From positions 4,329 to 68,328 of the IMG/VR virus record IMGVR_UViG_3300033150_000870: a stretch of DNA of 64,000 bases, one strand, 5' to 3'. Of this stretch, positions 10,340-21,118 are shown piece after piece (position 1 is the first letter of the stretch; each line of letters opens with the position of its first letter). The DNA comes from a virus. A program made the position numbers and the translations under genes. The notes under the pieces are model-generated. The model saw only the letters and a program-made list of their open reading frames with translations, made no database searches and had not been told where the DNA came from.

Positions 10340-10510
10340 ATGCCACATGATGATCTACAAAAAAAACATTTTGGAATACATACGAATGAACAGAGAAAAG
10401 ATTTGAATAAGAATATGCCCGGAACTTCATTTAAAGGAAAAATAATGGGAAATAAAGGTGCATCGACAAAACGCCATCCAACAACAAAAACTCGATCTCG
10501 ACCTCTTTAA
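10340..10510 (+). CDS. 56-aa basic protein (not in ORF track)
   Basis: GGTGA SD, then MPHDDLQKKHFG...; followed by a T-tract. Confidence 0.5.
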   Translation: MPHDDLQKKHFGIHTNEQRKDLNKNMPGTSFKGKIMGNKGASTKRHPTTKTRSRPL

Positions 10511-10561
10511 TTTTTTTATTTTAATGGTTATATGAATCGTAGTATAATGAAGTGAATATTT

Positions 10562-10834
10562 ATGACGGAAATAGATAAAGAAATATTAGAATTAGAACAA
10601 AAGATTGCTGAACTACAAAAAAAGAAAGCAGAATTTAAAAAAGAGATCGAAGAAAAAGCCAAAAAACTATTAGAAAAGGAAAAACAAGAAGAAGCAGAAA
10701 AGAAAAAGAAACTTGAGGAATTGAAAGAACAACTTAAAAAAGAAGAGGAAGAATTCGAGAAAATGCGAGTAGAACAAATTGCACTTGAAAAATCAAATCC
10801 ACATTGGTATCGCATACACGGTAAAAAATCCTAA
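10562..10834 (+). CDS. Charged coiled-coil protein
   Basis: E/K-rich heptads. Confidence 0.6.
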   Translation: MTEIDKEILELEQKIAELQKKKAEFKKEIEEKAKKLLEKEKQEEAEKKKKLEELKEQLKKEEEEFEKMRVEQIALEKSNPHWYRIHGKKS

Positions 10835-10891
10835 TCTTTAATTTCAATCATATTTTTTTCTTTTTTCTATTTTTTCGATACATTTTTATAT

Positions 10892-11374
10892 TTGATACTG
10901 CTAATTATAGAGCAAATGTCAGACATTCATAATATAGTGAAAAAGCTATTAATTTATGAACGAGAACTAACCAAATTTCGACGACTAAAAAAAATATTAC
11001 CACGAGTAGTAAAGTCAAATAAAATCCTAAAAAATCGGGTTATTGAACAAGAAATGAAAATATTACGATTAGAAACAAAGATTGACACATTAAACGATAT
11101 AATAAATAATTTGACAGAAGAATGTATGTTTCTCCGAAATGAAATCGGGAGCGACCTAATAACATCAGCAATCGCCACAAGAAATCTTCGGCGCCGAATA
11201 AAAGCACTCCAACAAGAGAATAATGACTTGAAATTGGCGGTAAATCTTAATATGATAAGTGCGATTGAACAACTTGATGTAAAGGATCGATATATAATAC
11301 ACCCGAACTTACAAATAAAAATAGAGATGGGGAAGGTAAGAAATTTTCTAAATAATATCCTTTCAAAGTGTTAA
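10892..11374 (+). CDS. Coiled-coil hypothetical protein
   Basis: Heptad pattern; converges with the minus-strand block. Confidence 0.55.
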   Translation: MILLIIEQMSDIHNIVKKLLIYERELTKFRRLKKILPRVVKSNKILKNRVIEQEMKILRLETKIDTLNDIINNLTEECMFLRNEIGSDLITSAIATRNLRRRIKALQQENNDLKLAVNLNMISAIEQLDVKDRYIIHPNLQIKIEMGKVRNFLNNILSKC

Positions 11375-12355
11375 TGTATCTAAGAATTGTAGGAATTTTT
11401 GTCTTGTATTTTTTGCATTAAATGGAGATTCTATGAGTTTGTTATAATTATCTTCCACCTCATTATGAAAATCTCCAGTAACACCTTTATTTATCTTCTT
11501 TACTAAATTAATGACATCCTTATATTGTAATACCCATAAACCATTTATCTCAATATCCATCCATTTGGGTACCACCGGTATTAATCTGGCGCAAACATAT
11601 TCCAAGATTTTTACTTGTGAAAGATTTTTGCCCTTCCTAAGCGTCGAAACTCCAACTTTATATCGAGGTAATACCTTTCCTACATTTTTATATGTTAATT
11701 TTCCTGTCCAAGTCCAGCTGTTATCTATGTCTAATGCTCGGTATAATTTTAGTTCTTCATCTAATACCCCACTACCAAATACATATCCTTTCGATTTCAA
11801 AAATTTGCATATGTGAATAAATAGAAACGGTCTTTCTACATGATTGAGAGTTCCGAGCCACACCACACCTTCTTTTTTTTCATAGTCAATCTTTTCAAAT
11901 CGCGTGGGATCGACACAATGAGGAATCACTTCATCTACAAGATCAGATGGTAGGTATCGATGATTTTCTATTGTTGCAATTGCTGTTTTTTTCACATCAT
12001 ATACTATTCCTTTATTTGTATTCCAATAATACGGGAATGTATGATACCGAGTTATATAAGGAACATTCATCATCTTGCACATAACTGACTCCCGATCACC
12101 CAAGCATAACACAAATTTATAGTTGTTAGTATCCCAATGATATTTTATTTGCGCCGGAGCATTATTCCGATCTAATTTTCTATATCGTATTCCCTTTTCC
12201 ACCTCAATCCAATCATCATTTAAAGCACGGCCCAGTAAAAAGTCCAGATTATATATCGGCGCCAATAAATCTACATTGGAAGTCCATCCGCCACTTGCTT
12301 CTGGGATCGTATCGATTGAAATTATTAATATTCTTTCTTTCATTAAAACCACCAA
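11363..12355 (-). CDS. GT-B (GT4-like) glycosyltransferase
   Basis: VIPHCVDPTRF, VWLGTLNHVERP and VKILEY motifs. Confidence 0.75.
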   Translation of the reverse strand: MVVLMKERILIISIDTIPEASGGWTSNVDLLAPIYNLDFLLGRALNDDWIEVEKGIRYRKLDRNNAPAQIKYHWDTNNYKFVLCLGDRESVMCKMMNVPYITRYHTFPYYWNTNKGIVYDVKKTAIATIENHRYLPSDLVDEVIPHCVDPTRFEKIDYEKKEGVVWLGTLNHVERPFLFIHICKFLKSKGYVFGSGVLDEELKLYRALDIDNSWTWTGKLTYKNVGKVLPRYKVGVSTLRKGKNLSQVKILEYVCARLIPVVPKWMDIEINGLWVLQYKDVINLVKKINKGVTGDFHNEVEDNYNKLIESPFNAKNTRQKFLQFLDTLTL

Positions 12356-12747
12356 GTACTATCACTAACATCGGGTATTACATAAAACGAATCACTATCG
12401 AGTAATGATATGTAGGTGCAACCACTCCAGAATACAATATCGTCGGGTGAGATGTCTGTTGAGGATGTATTTATAATGAAACTAACTCCACTCTCCGGGC
12501 ATAGTATTATCTCACAAACTTTTTCTTTATTTTCATATAGAGTATCATAGCAATTACAACATGGAATATTCAAATTCTTTCGATTGTTTAATATTGTTAA
12601 TAATTCCTCTTTTGGTTTCTTTGAAAGTGATTCATATATAGATTCATACTCAAGCTTATTATCACAAATACAACATTTACTATTCTGTTTCTCCATGAAA
12701 TACAATGCTAAAAATTCTGCTATATCACCCGTAATATCTACTGACAT
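12343..12747 (-). CDS. Zinc-binding hypothetical protein
   Basis: CCIC...CCNC. Confidence 0.5.
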   Translation of the reverse strand: MSVDITGDIAEFLALYFMEKQNSKCCICDNKLEYESIYESLSKKPKEELLTILNNRKNLNIPCCNCYDTLYENKEKVCEIILCPESGVSFIINTSSTDISPDDIVFWSGCTYISLLDSDSFYVIPDVSDSTWWF

Positions 12748-12936
12748 CTAACCACCTCTTATCGGCGCAAGAATTACTATCTTATCGTTCTCATCTATTA
12801 CATCGTCTAAATCCAACTTTATATGGACATCTCCTTTTTTCCTTATAACTATGAAGTTTTCGGGGATATTGTTATTATTTAAGAAATCTTTTACAGTTTG
12901 TTTTTTTTCGATTACATACTCTTCCATTTTGATCAC
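12748..12936 (-). CDS. ThiS/MoaD/SAMP-type ubiquitin-like protein, mature GG end
   Basis: TVKDFL...IDENDKIVILAPIRGG*. Confidence 0.85.
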   Translation of the reverse strand: MIKMEEYVIEKKQTVKDFLNNNNIPENFIVIRKKGDVHIKLDLDDVIDENDKIVILAPIRGG

Positions 12937-15311
12937 CTACCATAATCTTTTTATTTTTTTTAAGTTTTTAATAGCATTCTTTACATTAGAACCGTATTTT
13001 ATAAACTCTTTTATTTCTTCTTTATCTTCTTTTTTTACCACATCAATCATATAGGGAATTAAATCTATAATAGTAGCAACATCGACTAACAACTGATAAT
13101 TATTGATATTAAGACACGCCGGATATTTAAATGGATTACATTCGCCGAGCTCATAGTTCTCATCCGTTAGGCATATCTTTTTTTCTTTCCGGTATAAAAG
13201 ACATAACTTCTCGTAATAATATTTTTCATTCATAAGACACTTGCCCATAAAATACGATTCTAAAAACTTACATAAATCTTCATACTTCATAATAACCACC
13301 TCACTATATTTATAGATTCTATATCCTTTTTTGCATTTTCTATCAATTTTTGTGCAATTTTACAGTTCCTAAGGTAATATACTAATGTTAATAAATGTTC
13401 CATTTTTCGGGGTATTAACTGTATTTTTTCTGCAATCTTGATCGCAATGTCTAATGAGTCTTCGGCGCCAAAAAATGTGATGATATTGACGGCTAAATTG
13501 AATAAATCCATTATGACACCTCTTTTAATAATTCTCTTGTTTATAAGAATACAATATAGGATGCAGTCCATATCTTTTTATTGTTTTTAATCTCGGTATA
13601 AATATGCCATCTTTCCAGCTTTATAAAAAATTTCTTATGGTCTTCAATATCAAAACTCATCAATATGCATTTATCAGAAGGAGGCTTCTCATTCGACATC
13701 CTCAAAACGATATAATCATAGTAGGTCTCATCAACATACAACCATAACTTCATTTTTTATCACGCAATAAATCTATATAATGGTGTATCGCCGTATAGCA
13801 ATCCTCACATATATTAACATAACGATCTATAGATTCAAATTTGTCGGATATAATTCTAAATGTTATAACACCATCCTTTTTGCATATATCACAATGTCCT
13901 TTTACTATTTGAATACTAGCGGTTGATGATTCAATTATGATTTTATGTCTAATAAACTGTTCATACCCTTTACACTCTAAATTTTTATGTAGAACTTTAT
14001 TTTCTGTTGAAATAATTCCATACTTTGTACAATATACACTAAATGGACTAGCTCTATGAACACAATTATAACATAATGGATAGGCTTTCTCTATTTTTAC
14101 GACTCTCATTTTTTCTTCGGGTAATTCCATTAAACCACCTCACTATAATTTATACAGTTATTAATATCAGATTTAGACGGGTTCGGATGATAACATTTAC
14201 AATCATTTTTCCATGCAAACCATCTACAACTATTACATAATGTTTTATCTTTTAAGCACACTTTCTTTTCGTGGATTTCTCTTTGTTTTCTAAATATTTT
14301 AATTCATCTCCATACCTAAATTTATATATTAACTCATCTATATGGCTTCTATCCGATAACTTATCTTTCATCACTTCTCACATAAGCAAGATTCTTCATC
14401 ATTGTATGGGTCGTATGCCCACTCACAAGTACTTCTTTCTGGACATTTGGCGCAAACAGACACCTTCTTATGACACTCCCAGCATCTTCCGTCTAATATT
14501 TCTGCCTCTGTTTTTTCCATTAATATTCCACAATCTTTACATCTCACATAGGAATCCAATCTTCATCACCTCGTAGTATGTGGTATATAACTAAAATTGT
14601 AAAGAATATTAATGCGAATAATACTGATATACTGAAAGCCTTTAGGAGTAATGGGAAATTAGAAATGATGAATCCATATATACTTATCATACTAAACGAT
14701 ATTATAAAAGTACATAGCACTACTACCAAAACATTAATCTTATCCATCATTCAACACCTCCTTTTTTAATATCTTTCGGAGATCAGATAATCTTCTGGCT
14801 AAGAATTGAATGTATTTAAATGTGACATATAATCGCCCTTCGACTGGTGGATAAATTAATAACGCCTTCTTTTGTAATAAATCATCTGCATTCTTCATAT
14901 CTATAATACTCGATAACATTTCATAACTAAGTCTTGCAATCTCCCGTAAGTGATGATACACCGAAAAAAATATGTTGTGATCCAAAATGCTTTCTCGTAT
15001 TCTTTCTAATTTCTCATCTTTATTATAATATAAATAGGAATCAATGTTTCGTAACGGAGACTCTTCAGATACAAAATATTTACTATAATCTCCACAAACG
15101 GTATCAAAGAAATTCTTTATATCAATCTTCATAGTTCATTCACCATCTTTTCTATGTCTTCTATTATTATACCAATTGTCTGAATTACGAAATGATATTT
15201 CTTGAGATTTTCTTCCATCGTTTGTACCATCATATCCATTAACTTCAAATTACTACATATATGTTTTATTTGTTTTATTATATCTTCTTTCATATTACCA
15301 CCATCTTTCAT
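12937..15311 (-). other. Run of small hypothetical CDSs, several Cys-rich (12937-13299, 13287-13571, 13541-13753, 13750-14130, 14371-14559, 14544-14750, 14740-15132, 15129-15311)
   Basis: Tightly packed, co-oriented ORFs, many with GAGGTG SDs; no family recognised. Confidence 0.6.
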
Positions 15312-16149
15312 AATTATTTGTAGATATAAAATTTTCTTCTATTATTTTTGGATGCACCCTACACATTTCTATTTCTTCATCAACTAATATTTTTGATATA
15401 TTAAACCATTTATAATTTCTTAAAATCCACTCCACTTTTTTTTCTTTTGTCGGTAGAGATATAAATTCCCATTTTTTTGGATTTGCATAATCTCTCTCAC
15501 ATGAACCTAATAGTTTATTAATTTCCTTTTCTTTAAATTTCACGGTATATGTCAAATGCCCATAATGATAACATCTGATTTGTGGAAGATAGATATGTTT
15601 TGCGCCCCATAAAGTTATTCGTTTATCATCGCCGATATTATCCAAAGTCTGTGGTATTGTATAGTGATATATCAGTTCTGGTCTATATCTTATGCACTTA
15701 AGCATCCCATCATAATTTTTCTTGAAAAAGTTAAAACTGTAATAAAAATTGTAAAACGGATAGTTAATATATCGAATATCATCATCCGCCTTCTCCATTA
15801 CCCGGCGCAAAACACCTATGTCCGCATCTGTATAAAACTCATCTGAATCCACGATTAATAGCCAATCTACATCTATTTTGTTTTTTTTAATAAATTCCAA
15901 GTATGCATTTCGTTGTTCGGCTTCATTGTTCCACTGATCTATCTCTTCAATAATATATAAGTCGGGCTTGGTATCTCGTTCCCAAAGATAATCTAAGTAT
16001 TCATATGTTTTATCCTTCGGTATGGATTTGAATTCTTTTTGTGCGCCATAGACAATTATTAGAGTATCCACTTGATTTTCCAATGACTTGATACAATATG
16101 GTAGGAATGGCATTCCATTATATACAATCATACATGCGACTAAATTCAT
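15295..16149 (-). CDS. GT-A (GT2) glycosyltransferase
   Basis: CMIVYNG...CIKSL...VD, QRN, WLLIVDSDE (DxD) and YHYG. Confidence 0.85.
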   Translation of the reverse strand: MNLVACMIVYNGMPFLPYCIKSLENQVDTLIIVYGAQKEFKSIPKDKTYEYLDYLWERDTKPDLYIIEEIDQWNNEAEQRNAYLEFIKKNKIDVDWLLIVDSDEFYTDADIGVLRRVMEKADDDIRYINYPFYNFYYSFNFFKKNYDGMLKCIRYRPELIYHYTIPQTLDNIGDDKRITLWGAKHIYLPQIRCYHYGHLTYTVKFKEKEINKLLGSCERDYANPKKWEFISLPTKEKKVEWILRNYKWFNISKILVDEEIEMCRVHPKIIEENFISTNNYERWW

Positions 16150-16232
16150 TTTTATCTACCTTTTTCCAACATATAACACCCGACTTATTAAATCTACCAT
16201 CACAGCCAAATATTTTCAGTATTTCTTCTCTA

Positions 16233-16460
16233 CTATACCTCTTCTTTTTTCTCATTTCCTTTTATCTCCTTATCAACCACATAATATCGTTCCTTCATAT
16301 CCGATGGTATATACACCTTTTTCAGTCCTACTTTTATTAGATACTCCAACATCCGCGAATAACTAAACTTATATTCCTTTGCAAGTTGTTTTATGTATTT
16401 CTTTACCGAAGGATGTAAATATACAGTTGATTTTCCTTTTGTGTATCTAGGGTTGCCCAT
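16233..16460 (-). CDS. Ribbon-helix-helix DNA-binding protein
   Basis: STVYLHPSVKKYIKQLAKE..FSYSRMLEYLI. Confidence 0.7.
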   Translation of the reverse strand: MGNPRYTKGKSTVYLHPSVKKYIKQLAKEYKFSYSRMLEYLIKVGLKKVYIPSDMKERYYVVDKEIKGNEKKEEV

Positions 16461-16959
16461 TTCTTTTCATCACCTCTTTATATCCATAGCATCTTCTATA
16501 ATTTTTAGCCGTATATTCGGCGCAACCAAATCCCGTCAATGAACACCAAAACGGTTTTTTATAAAAGGGGCATATATCATCATTTTTTTCTTCTTCTTTT
16601 GGGGTGTTGTGGTTTTTGCGCCAAACTTTATAAATATTATTCATATCGATTGGAAAACTTAGGCGGTATTTGTTATTTATTTTATATGCATATCGTATAG
16701 TGGGGTATTTACCATATTTGGCATGATATAGAACTATAAAAAACATAAATAAAGTTGGGGATTTGAAATTAATGAACTCCGGCTCGATATTTGTATTACT
16801 CTTTACTCTATCGATAAATTCTAATAAGTCATTAATATAGTCTATGATATTTTCCGGGTCGCCCATATAGACATATCGTGTTTTTATATTCACAATCTCG
16901 TAATCATCTTCCACTTCAAAACTCTCATTCATCGCCAAGTTGATCAGTATCTTCTTCAT
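16447..16959 (-). CDS. Csx15-like CARF-fold protein with C-terminal Cys cluster
   Basis: Start re-called at MKKILINL. FINF...LYHAKYGKYPTIRY...PIDMNNI resembles the Csx15 consensus as I recall it. Confidence 0.45.
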   Translation of the reverse strand: MKKILINLAMNESFEVEDDYEIVNIKTRYVYMGDPENIIDYINDLLEFIDRVKSNTNIEPEFINFKSPTLFMFFIVLYHAKYGKYPTIRYAYKINNKYRLSFPIDMNNIYKVWRKNHNTPKEEEKNDDICPFYKKPFWCSLTGFGCAEYTAKNYRRCYGYKEVMKRNGQP

Positions 16960-17740
16960 TATCTTCATCCTCTTCATAGTCATCTTCTTCATAAACATTT
17001 CTCGGCGCAAGAAAATACTCGATCACCAAATCATCCAAGTCGTAGTTATACTCTGCGGTTATCTGGATGGGGGTATCTGCGCCAAATTTAATATATATCT
17101 CATTTGCATCCGATAGTTCCTTCATAATTTTTAGTATTGATGTTAGTTCGTAGGTGGATGATACGGGTTTTTCAAAATTATTTACCACTAAATCTTCAGT
17201 ATCAATTACAACATCACTCCTATCATTATATCCATAGAAGCTTAGAAAATTTTCATTGGCAGTTAATTGTATTTCGATCATATCTACGCCCTTTAGTTCT
17301 TTCAATATATCCAAAAATTCTTTTTTATTAATTTGTACTTCTACGAGATTTTCTATTGTCTTTTGTTGGATGTAAGTTTGGCATTTTGGTTCTACAAACA
17401 TCGGAATATTATATTTTCGTTTTTTCCATTCAATATTTAATTTATGATCGAGGGTTTCCAATTTTATGACTTCAGATTTCGGGGTTTTGTTTATAATTTG
17501 TTTGAATACCGGTACATCTACTATTACACTCTCAGTTTCTTCGATTTCATATGATATAAATAATTCCTTTTTTAATAGAAATCGTGTCAGAATAGAGTAG
17601 TCGGGAGAAATCACACTAACAAACAACCCATCGTCATTAAAAGTCATCTCGGAAACCCCAGAGAATAACGAAAAACAATTTATTACTTTATTTAAAATAT
17701 ACGATTCAATCTCACACCTCATATTTTTTAACACCTCCAA
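16925..17740 (-). CDS. pcn: PCNA sliding clamp with acidic tail
   Basis: FNDDGL..VISPD, SSTYEL, KFGADTPIQI and YFLAPR motifs. Confidence 0.93.
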   Translation of the reverse strand: MEVLKNMRCEIESYILNKVINCFSLFSGVSEMTFNDDGLFVSVISPDYSILTRFLLKKELFISYEIEETESVIVDVPVFKQIINKTPKSEVIKLETLDHKLNIEWKKRKYNIPMFVEPKCQTYIQQKTIENLVEVQINKKEFLDILKELKGVDMIEIQLTANENFLSFYGYNDRSDVVIDTEDLVVNNFEKPVSSTYELTSILKIMKELSDANEIYIKFGADTPIQITAEYNYDLDDLVIEYFLAPRNVYEEDDYEEDEDNEEDTDQLGDE

Positions 17741-18399
17741 GTTCCATTTTTTATTAAAACATTTTTTATATTATATGGCATTTTTACAGTATCTATATGT
17801 GATGGGAAACTCCAAATATATGTCTCATTTCGTATCTCTGCGTATCTCCTATGTATCTCTTCTTGTATATCTAATGGCTTCAAAAATGAAAAATGATGTA
17901 TCATAACTGGATATAGAGTCCATATCTTTGAATTTAACTTTTCATGAACTTTACCTTCCCATCTATACATATATTTATTATAAAATCTTGCTTGTACATC
18001 ATATATTACTGCCGTTGTATTGTAATCATAAATATAATTCAATCGTTTAAATGCTCCCGGCTCATCTGTATAAATCATTGGGGGTGATAATAAAATCTCA
18101 TCCATATCCAAATGCAACACATATTCTGTCGGCGCCAAAGAATCCAATTCATTCCTCACATATGCAAAATTTTCAATCGGCTCTGCTTTACTCTTTATTA
18201 TTCGATATTTTGTTTTTTGTATATTCTTTTTTATTAACTCGCCAACATTCATGAAACTTCCGTAGAATAATATAATTTCTGCGCCTAATCTATCCATTGA
18301 ACATAGCACTGCCTCTGTAAATTCAAATATTCTATCATCACATAATACACAAATACTAAAATTTAATTTATTTTCTTCTTTAGAATAAGACAATCCCAT
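17728..18399 (-). CDS. GT2-like glycosyltransferase
   Basis: NFAYVRN, YVLHLDMDE and WEGKVHE motifs. Confidence 0.8.
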   Translation of the reverse strand: MGLSYSKEENKLNFSICVLCDDRIFEFTEAVLCSMDRLGAEIILFYGSFMNVGELIKKNIQKTKYRIIKSKAEPIENFAYVRNELDSLAPTEYVLHLDMDEILLSPPMIYTDEPGAFKRLNYIYDYNTTAVIYDVQARFYNKYMYRWEGKVHEKLNSKIWTLYPVMIHHFSFLKPLDIQEEIHRRYAEIRNETYIWSFPSHIDTVKMPYNIKNVLIKNGTWRC

Positions 18400-18782
18400 G
18401 CAATCACCCTATATTTTTCTATATATTCATTTATCTTTTCTTTTAATTGTGGAATATCATATCTCCTTTTACCTAACAGCAATATAGCAATTTTAAACGG
18501 AAACTCGAAACTGCACTCCACACATTTCCTCTTTCTGCCACAAGCCTCGCATATCGGCGCAAAAAAATGCCTATAGCCCATCAATTCCAATCTTTTTTTG
18601 CACTCCTCGATATTAAGCTCCAATATATTAGCTCTCATTTTTGAAGTTCCCTTTATCACATATCTCTTATCTAATATATTCTCTTGTAGTAGTAGGTACA
18701 GTTTCGTATTATATTTAGTCGGATGACGATTCACCTCATTTTTTATCATCTCCATTATATTCATTCGCCCTACTACAATCAC
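18363..18782 (-). CDS. Zinc-finger hypothetical protein
   Basis: CEAC...CVEC. Confidence 0.5.
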   Translation of the reverse strand: MIVVGRMNIMEMIKNEVNRHPTKYNTKLYLLLQENILDKRYVIKGTSKMRANILELNIEECKKRLELMGYRHFFAPICEACGRKRKCVECSFEFPFKIAILLLGKRRYDIPQLKEKINEYIEKYRVIAWDCLILKKKIN

Positions 18783-18787
18783 CTCCT

Positions 18788-19141
18788 TTAATCAATATGT
18801 GCTAACTGCTCTTCTCTCGAAATTAATCTTATTTGTGATGATGTGTTCTCCAAAAAATTCCTTATCACTCGAATATATTCTCTAAATTTTTTATTTACTG
18901 TCCAGTTTCTATATAGATGCCCCACTATCAACTGCGAATCTGTCAAAATTTCTATCGGCGCAAAAATCTTATTCTCGATCACATAAGTTATTGCAAGAAT
19001 TACTGCTAAATACTCACAATCATTGTTCGTGTATTCGGCGCAAGAATATTGTCTCACAACTCGTCTGTCTTTTTGTGGGTCATAAATCGCCGAATATTTT
19101 CTTTTCTTCGATACTCCACCATCACAATATATTTTATACAT
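18788..19141 (-). CDS. rnhA: Ribonuclease HI (archaeal type)
   Basis: IYCDGG, TNNDCEYLA and TDSQLIV motifs. Confidence 0.88.
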   Translation of the reverse strand: MYKIYCDGGVSKKRKYSAIYDPQKDRRVVRQYSCAEYTNNDCEYLAVILAITYVIENKIFAPIEILTDSQLIVGHLYRNWTVNKKFREYIRVIRNFLENTSSQIRLISREEQLAHID

Positions 19142-19173
19142 ATGCCTTTATATTACGGCACACTTTTTAAATA

Positions 19174-19410
19174 TTACTGTGATTCTATTTTTGATATTTC
19201 ATTTAGGAGTACTTGTAATGAGTTGATTTTATATGATAGGAAGCTTTTTAGAATATCTAATTTATTATTACTATCTTCTCTACTAATTTCTATGTATATC
19301 TTTTTTAGTGCGTCTTCTAATAACATTACTACGAAGTCAATATCAGCTATATTTTTGCGCAGTACAAATAATATGTTATCTATTATATCATTATAAAACA
19401 TTCTTATCAC
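19174..19410 (-). CDS. Hypothetical protein
   Basis: Helical ORF at the start of the leftward block. Confidence 0.4.
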   Translation of the reverse strand: MIRMFYNDIIDNILFVLRKNIADIDFVVMLLEDALKKIYIEISREDSNNKLDILKSFLSYKINSLQVLLNEISKIESQ

Positions 19411-19489
19411 TAATCCACAGCTATTTTGTGCGCCTTATAATATCTTCTTTTATTTCTTCATATTTTAATATTATCTAAAGTATAGTTAT

Positions 19490-19600
19490 AATAGTAGATA
19501 GATAAGATAAGAAAGCTATTAGATAAGCTATAAGATAAGCTATAAGAATATACTAGAGTAATAAATCAGAAAATAAATAAGATAACTTCTTAAGCTAATA
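19490..19600. repeat. Degenerate AGATAAGCTATA tandem repeats in an AT-rich divergent intergenic region
   Basis: Exact copies at 19521-19532 and 19533-19544, with AGATAA/AAGCTA fragments on both sides. Confidence 0.7.
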
Positions 19601-19675
19601 CAATGTATAGAAAGGTTTATAAGTATGTATTTTTGTAACTTAATTAATTATATAAAAAAAATGTGAGGTGATTAG

Positions 19676-20068
19676 ATGAATATAGAAGAAGATATTAAGA
19701 ACTTAAAGGAATTTATTTATGGCGAAGAGAAAGATAATGGAAAGATATATACTCTTAATGAATTAGAGCCGGATAATAAATTAGTACATAGAAAATTAGC
19801 ATTGGTAGTATTATCAGAGAAAATTAAAGAAATTGTAGTATCACAAAAGTATATTAAACGATATGTTATGTGTTCAAGTGGTGGAATATTATGTCAGTTA
19901 TCAGCATGGGATGGTTCTCTGTATAAGGAAAAGATAAAACAAGGTGATTTAATAATAATAGATAGATTTCGATATAAAAAGGTAAATGATTTAAATGTAG
20001 TTCTTATTAATGAAAAATGTAATATTGAAGTAAAGGAGAATGTGATGTCAAGATGTCGAGAAATTTAA
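19676..20068 (+). CDS. OB-fold single-stranded DNA-binding-like protein
   Basis: YTLNELEP...CSSGG..QLSAWD...IKQGDLIII. Confidence 0.65.
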   Translation: MNIEEDIKNLKEFIYGEEKDNGKIYTLNELEPDNKLVHRKLALVVLSEKIKEIVVSQKYIKRYVMCSSGGILCQLSAWDGSLYKEKIKQGDLIIIDRFRYKKVNDLNVVLINEKCNIEVKENVMSRCREI

Positions 20069-20198
20069 AGAAAAGATTTGAAGATGTATTCACGGAAGAA
20101 GAATGGAAAAAGCTTGAAAAAACGATAGAAGAACTCAAAAAAAAGTTTTTATATGAGATATATTTAGATGATGATATGTATGATTTTGTTATAAATGA

Positions 20199-20606
20199 GT
20201 GACGAAAATGGAAAAGATATATAACCTTACAAATCATATCCCCACAGAAGAACAAAAACAAGATGGAATCGTGGAGCTCCCACCAACCATAAAAGCAGAA
20301 ATACGAGAATTAATCAACTTTGAAGAACTGCCATCCAAAGAAGAATTACAAGAAAGGGCGCAGAAAATCACCAGAATCCTTTTGGCGCATAATATCAAAA
20401 AAGTTTTAATCGGCGGTGCAGTCTTTTTTATGCCAATATTAGTCTGGGAATTGAATGCTAACGGGATAACACCATATGCATCATTTTCAAAACGGGATGT
20501 TGAAGAATATAAAGAAAATGATACTGTAATAAAAAAAGTGAAATTTAAACATATAGGGTTGATCGAGTTAAAATATCCGATAAAATGGTCATATTCGTGG
20601 ATATAA
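20199..20606 (+). CDS. Csx20/Crn1-like CARF-fold ring nuclease candidate
   Basis: NLTNH..TEEQ, VLIGG and GITPYASFSKRDVEE...KKVKFKHIG resemble Csx20-type proteins as I recall them. Confidence 0.6.
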   Translation: MTKMEKIYNLTNHIPTEEQKQDGIVELPPTIKAEIRELINFEELPSKEELQERAQKITRILLAHNIKKVLIGGAVFFMPILVWELNANGITPYASFSKRDVEEYKENDTVIKKVKFKHIGLIELKYPIKWSYSWI

Positions 20607-20665
20607 TCAATTATACTTTTTTATTTTAATCATCAAAATTTTCATATTTTATCGGCAGATTTTTA

Positions 20666-21115
20666 CTATTTTTTGAATGTATATAGTATTATAGTAGGTA
20701 TTGTATTTAATAATGATATATAGTCATTCCATATTTTTGTTAGTCCTTTTATAAAATTTTGATATTTAGGAGTGATTTGGTTTTGATGACAATATATTAT
20801 TAAATCGGGGCGAATATTAGAAAGTTTTAATTCTTCGATTTTACGGAGCAGACGGAAACACTGTACGCCCTCAATAACAAAGTTTTTTTGCGCCAAAGAT
20901 TTCAGTTCGTTGATGAGAAGATAGACTTGGTCTTTATAGGGGTATGATTTATATTTATCGGAATGGATGATTGTATATTTATCGGAGTTGAATTGATTAC
21001 TGAGAGTGGTTTTGCCGGTTTTTGGAAAGCCTATGACCACAATTTTATTATATTTCTCTGCAAATTTTAGTAGTTCATTGGAATCTGTAAATTGTTTTTT
21101 GCACGGGATATACAT
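20666..21115 (-). CDS. P-loop kinase-like protein
   Basis: GFPKTGKTT and VIEG. Confidence 0.75.
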   Translation of the reverse strand: MYIPCKKQFTDSNELLKFAEKYNKIVVIGFPKTGKTTLSNQFNSDKYTIIHSDKYKSYPYKDQVYLLINELKSLAQKNFVIEGVQCFRLLRKIEELKLSNIRPDLIIYCHQNQITPKYQNFIKGLTKIWNDYISLLNTIPTIILYTFKK

Positions 21116-21118
21116 AAT

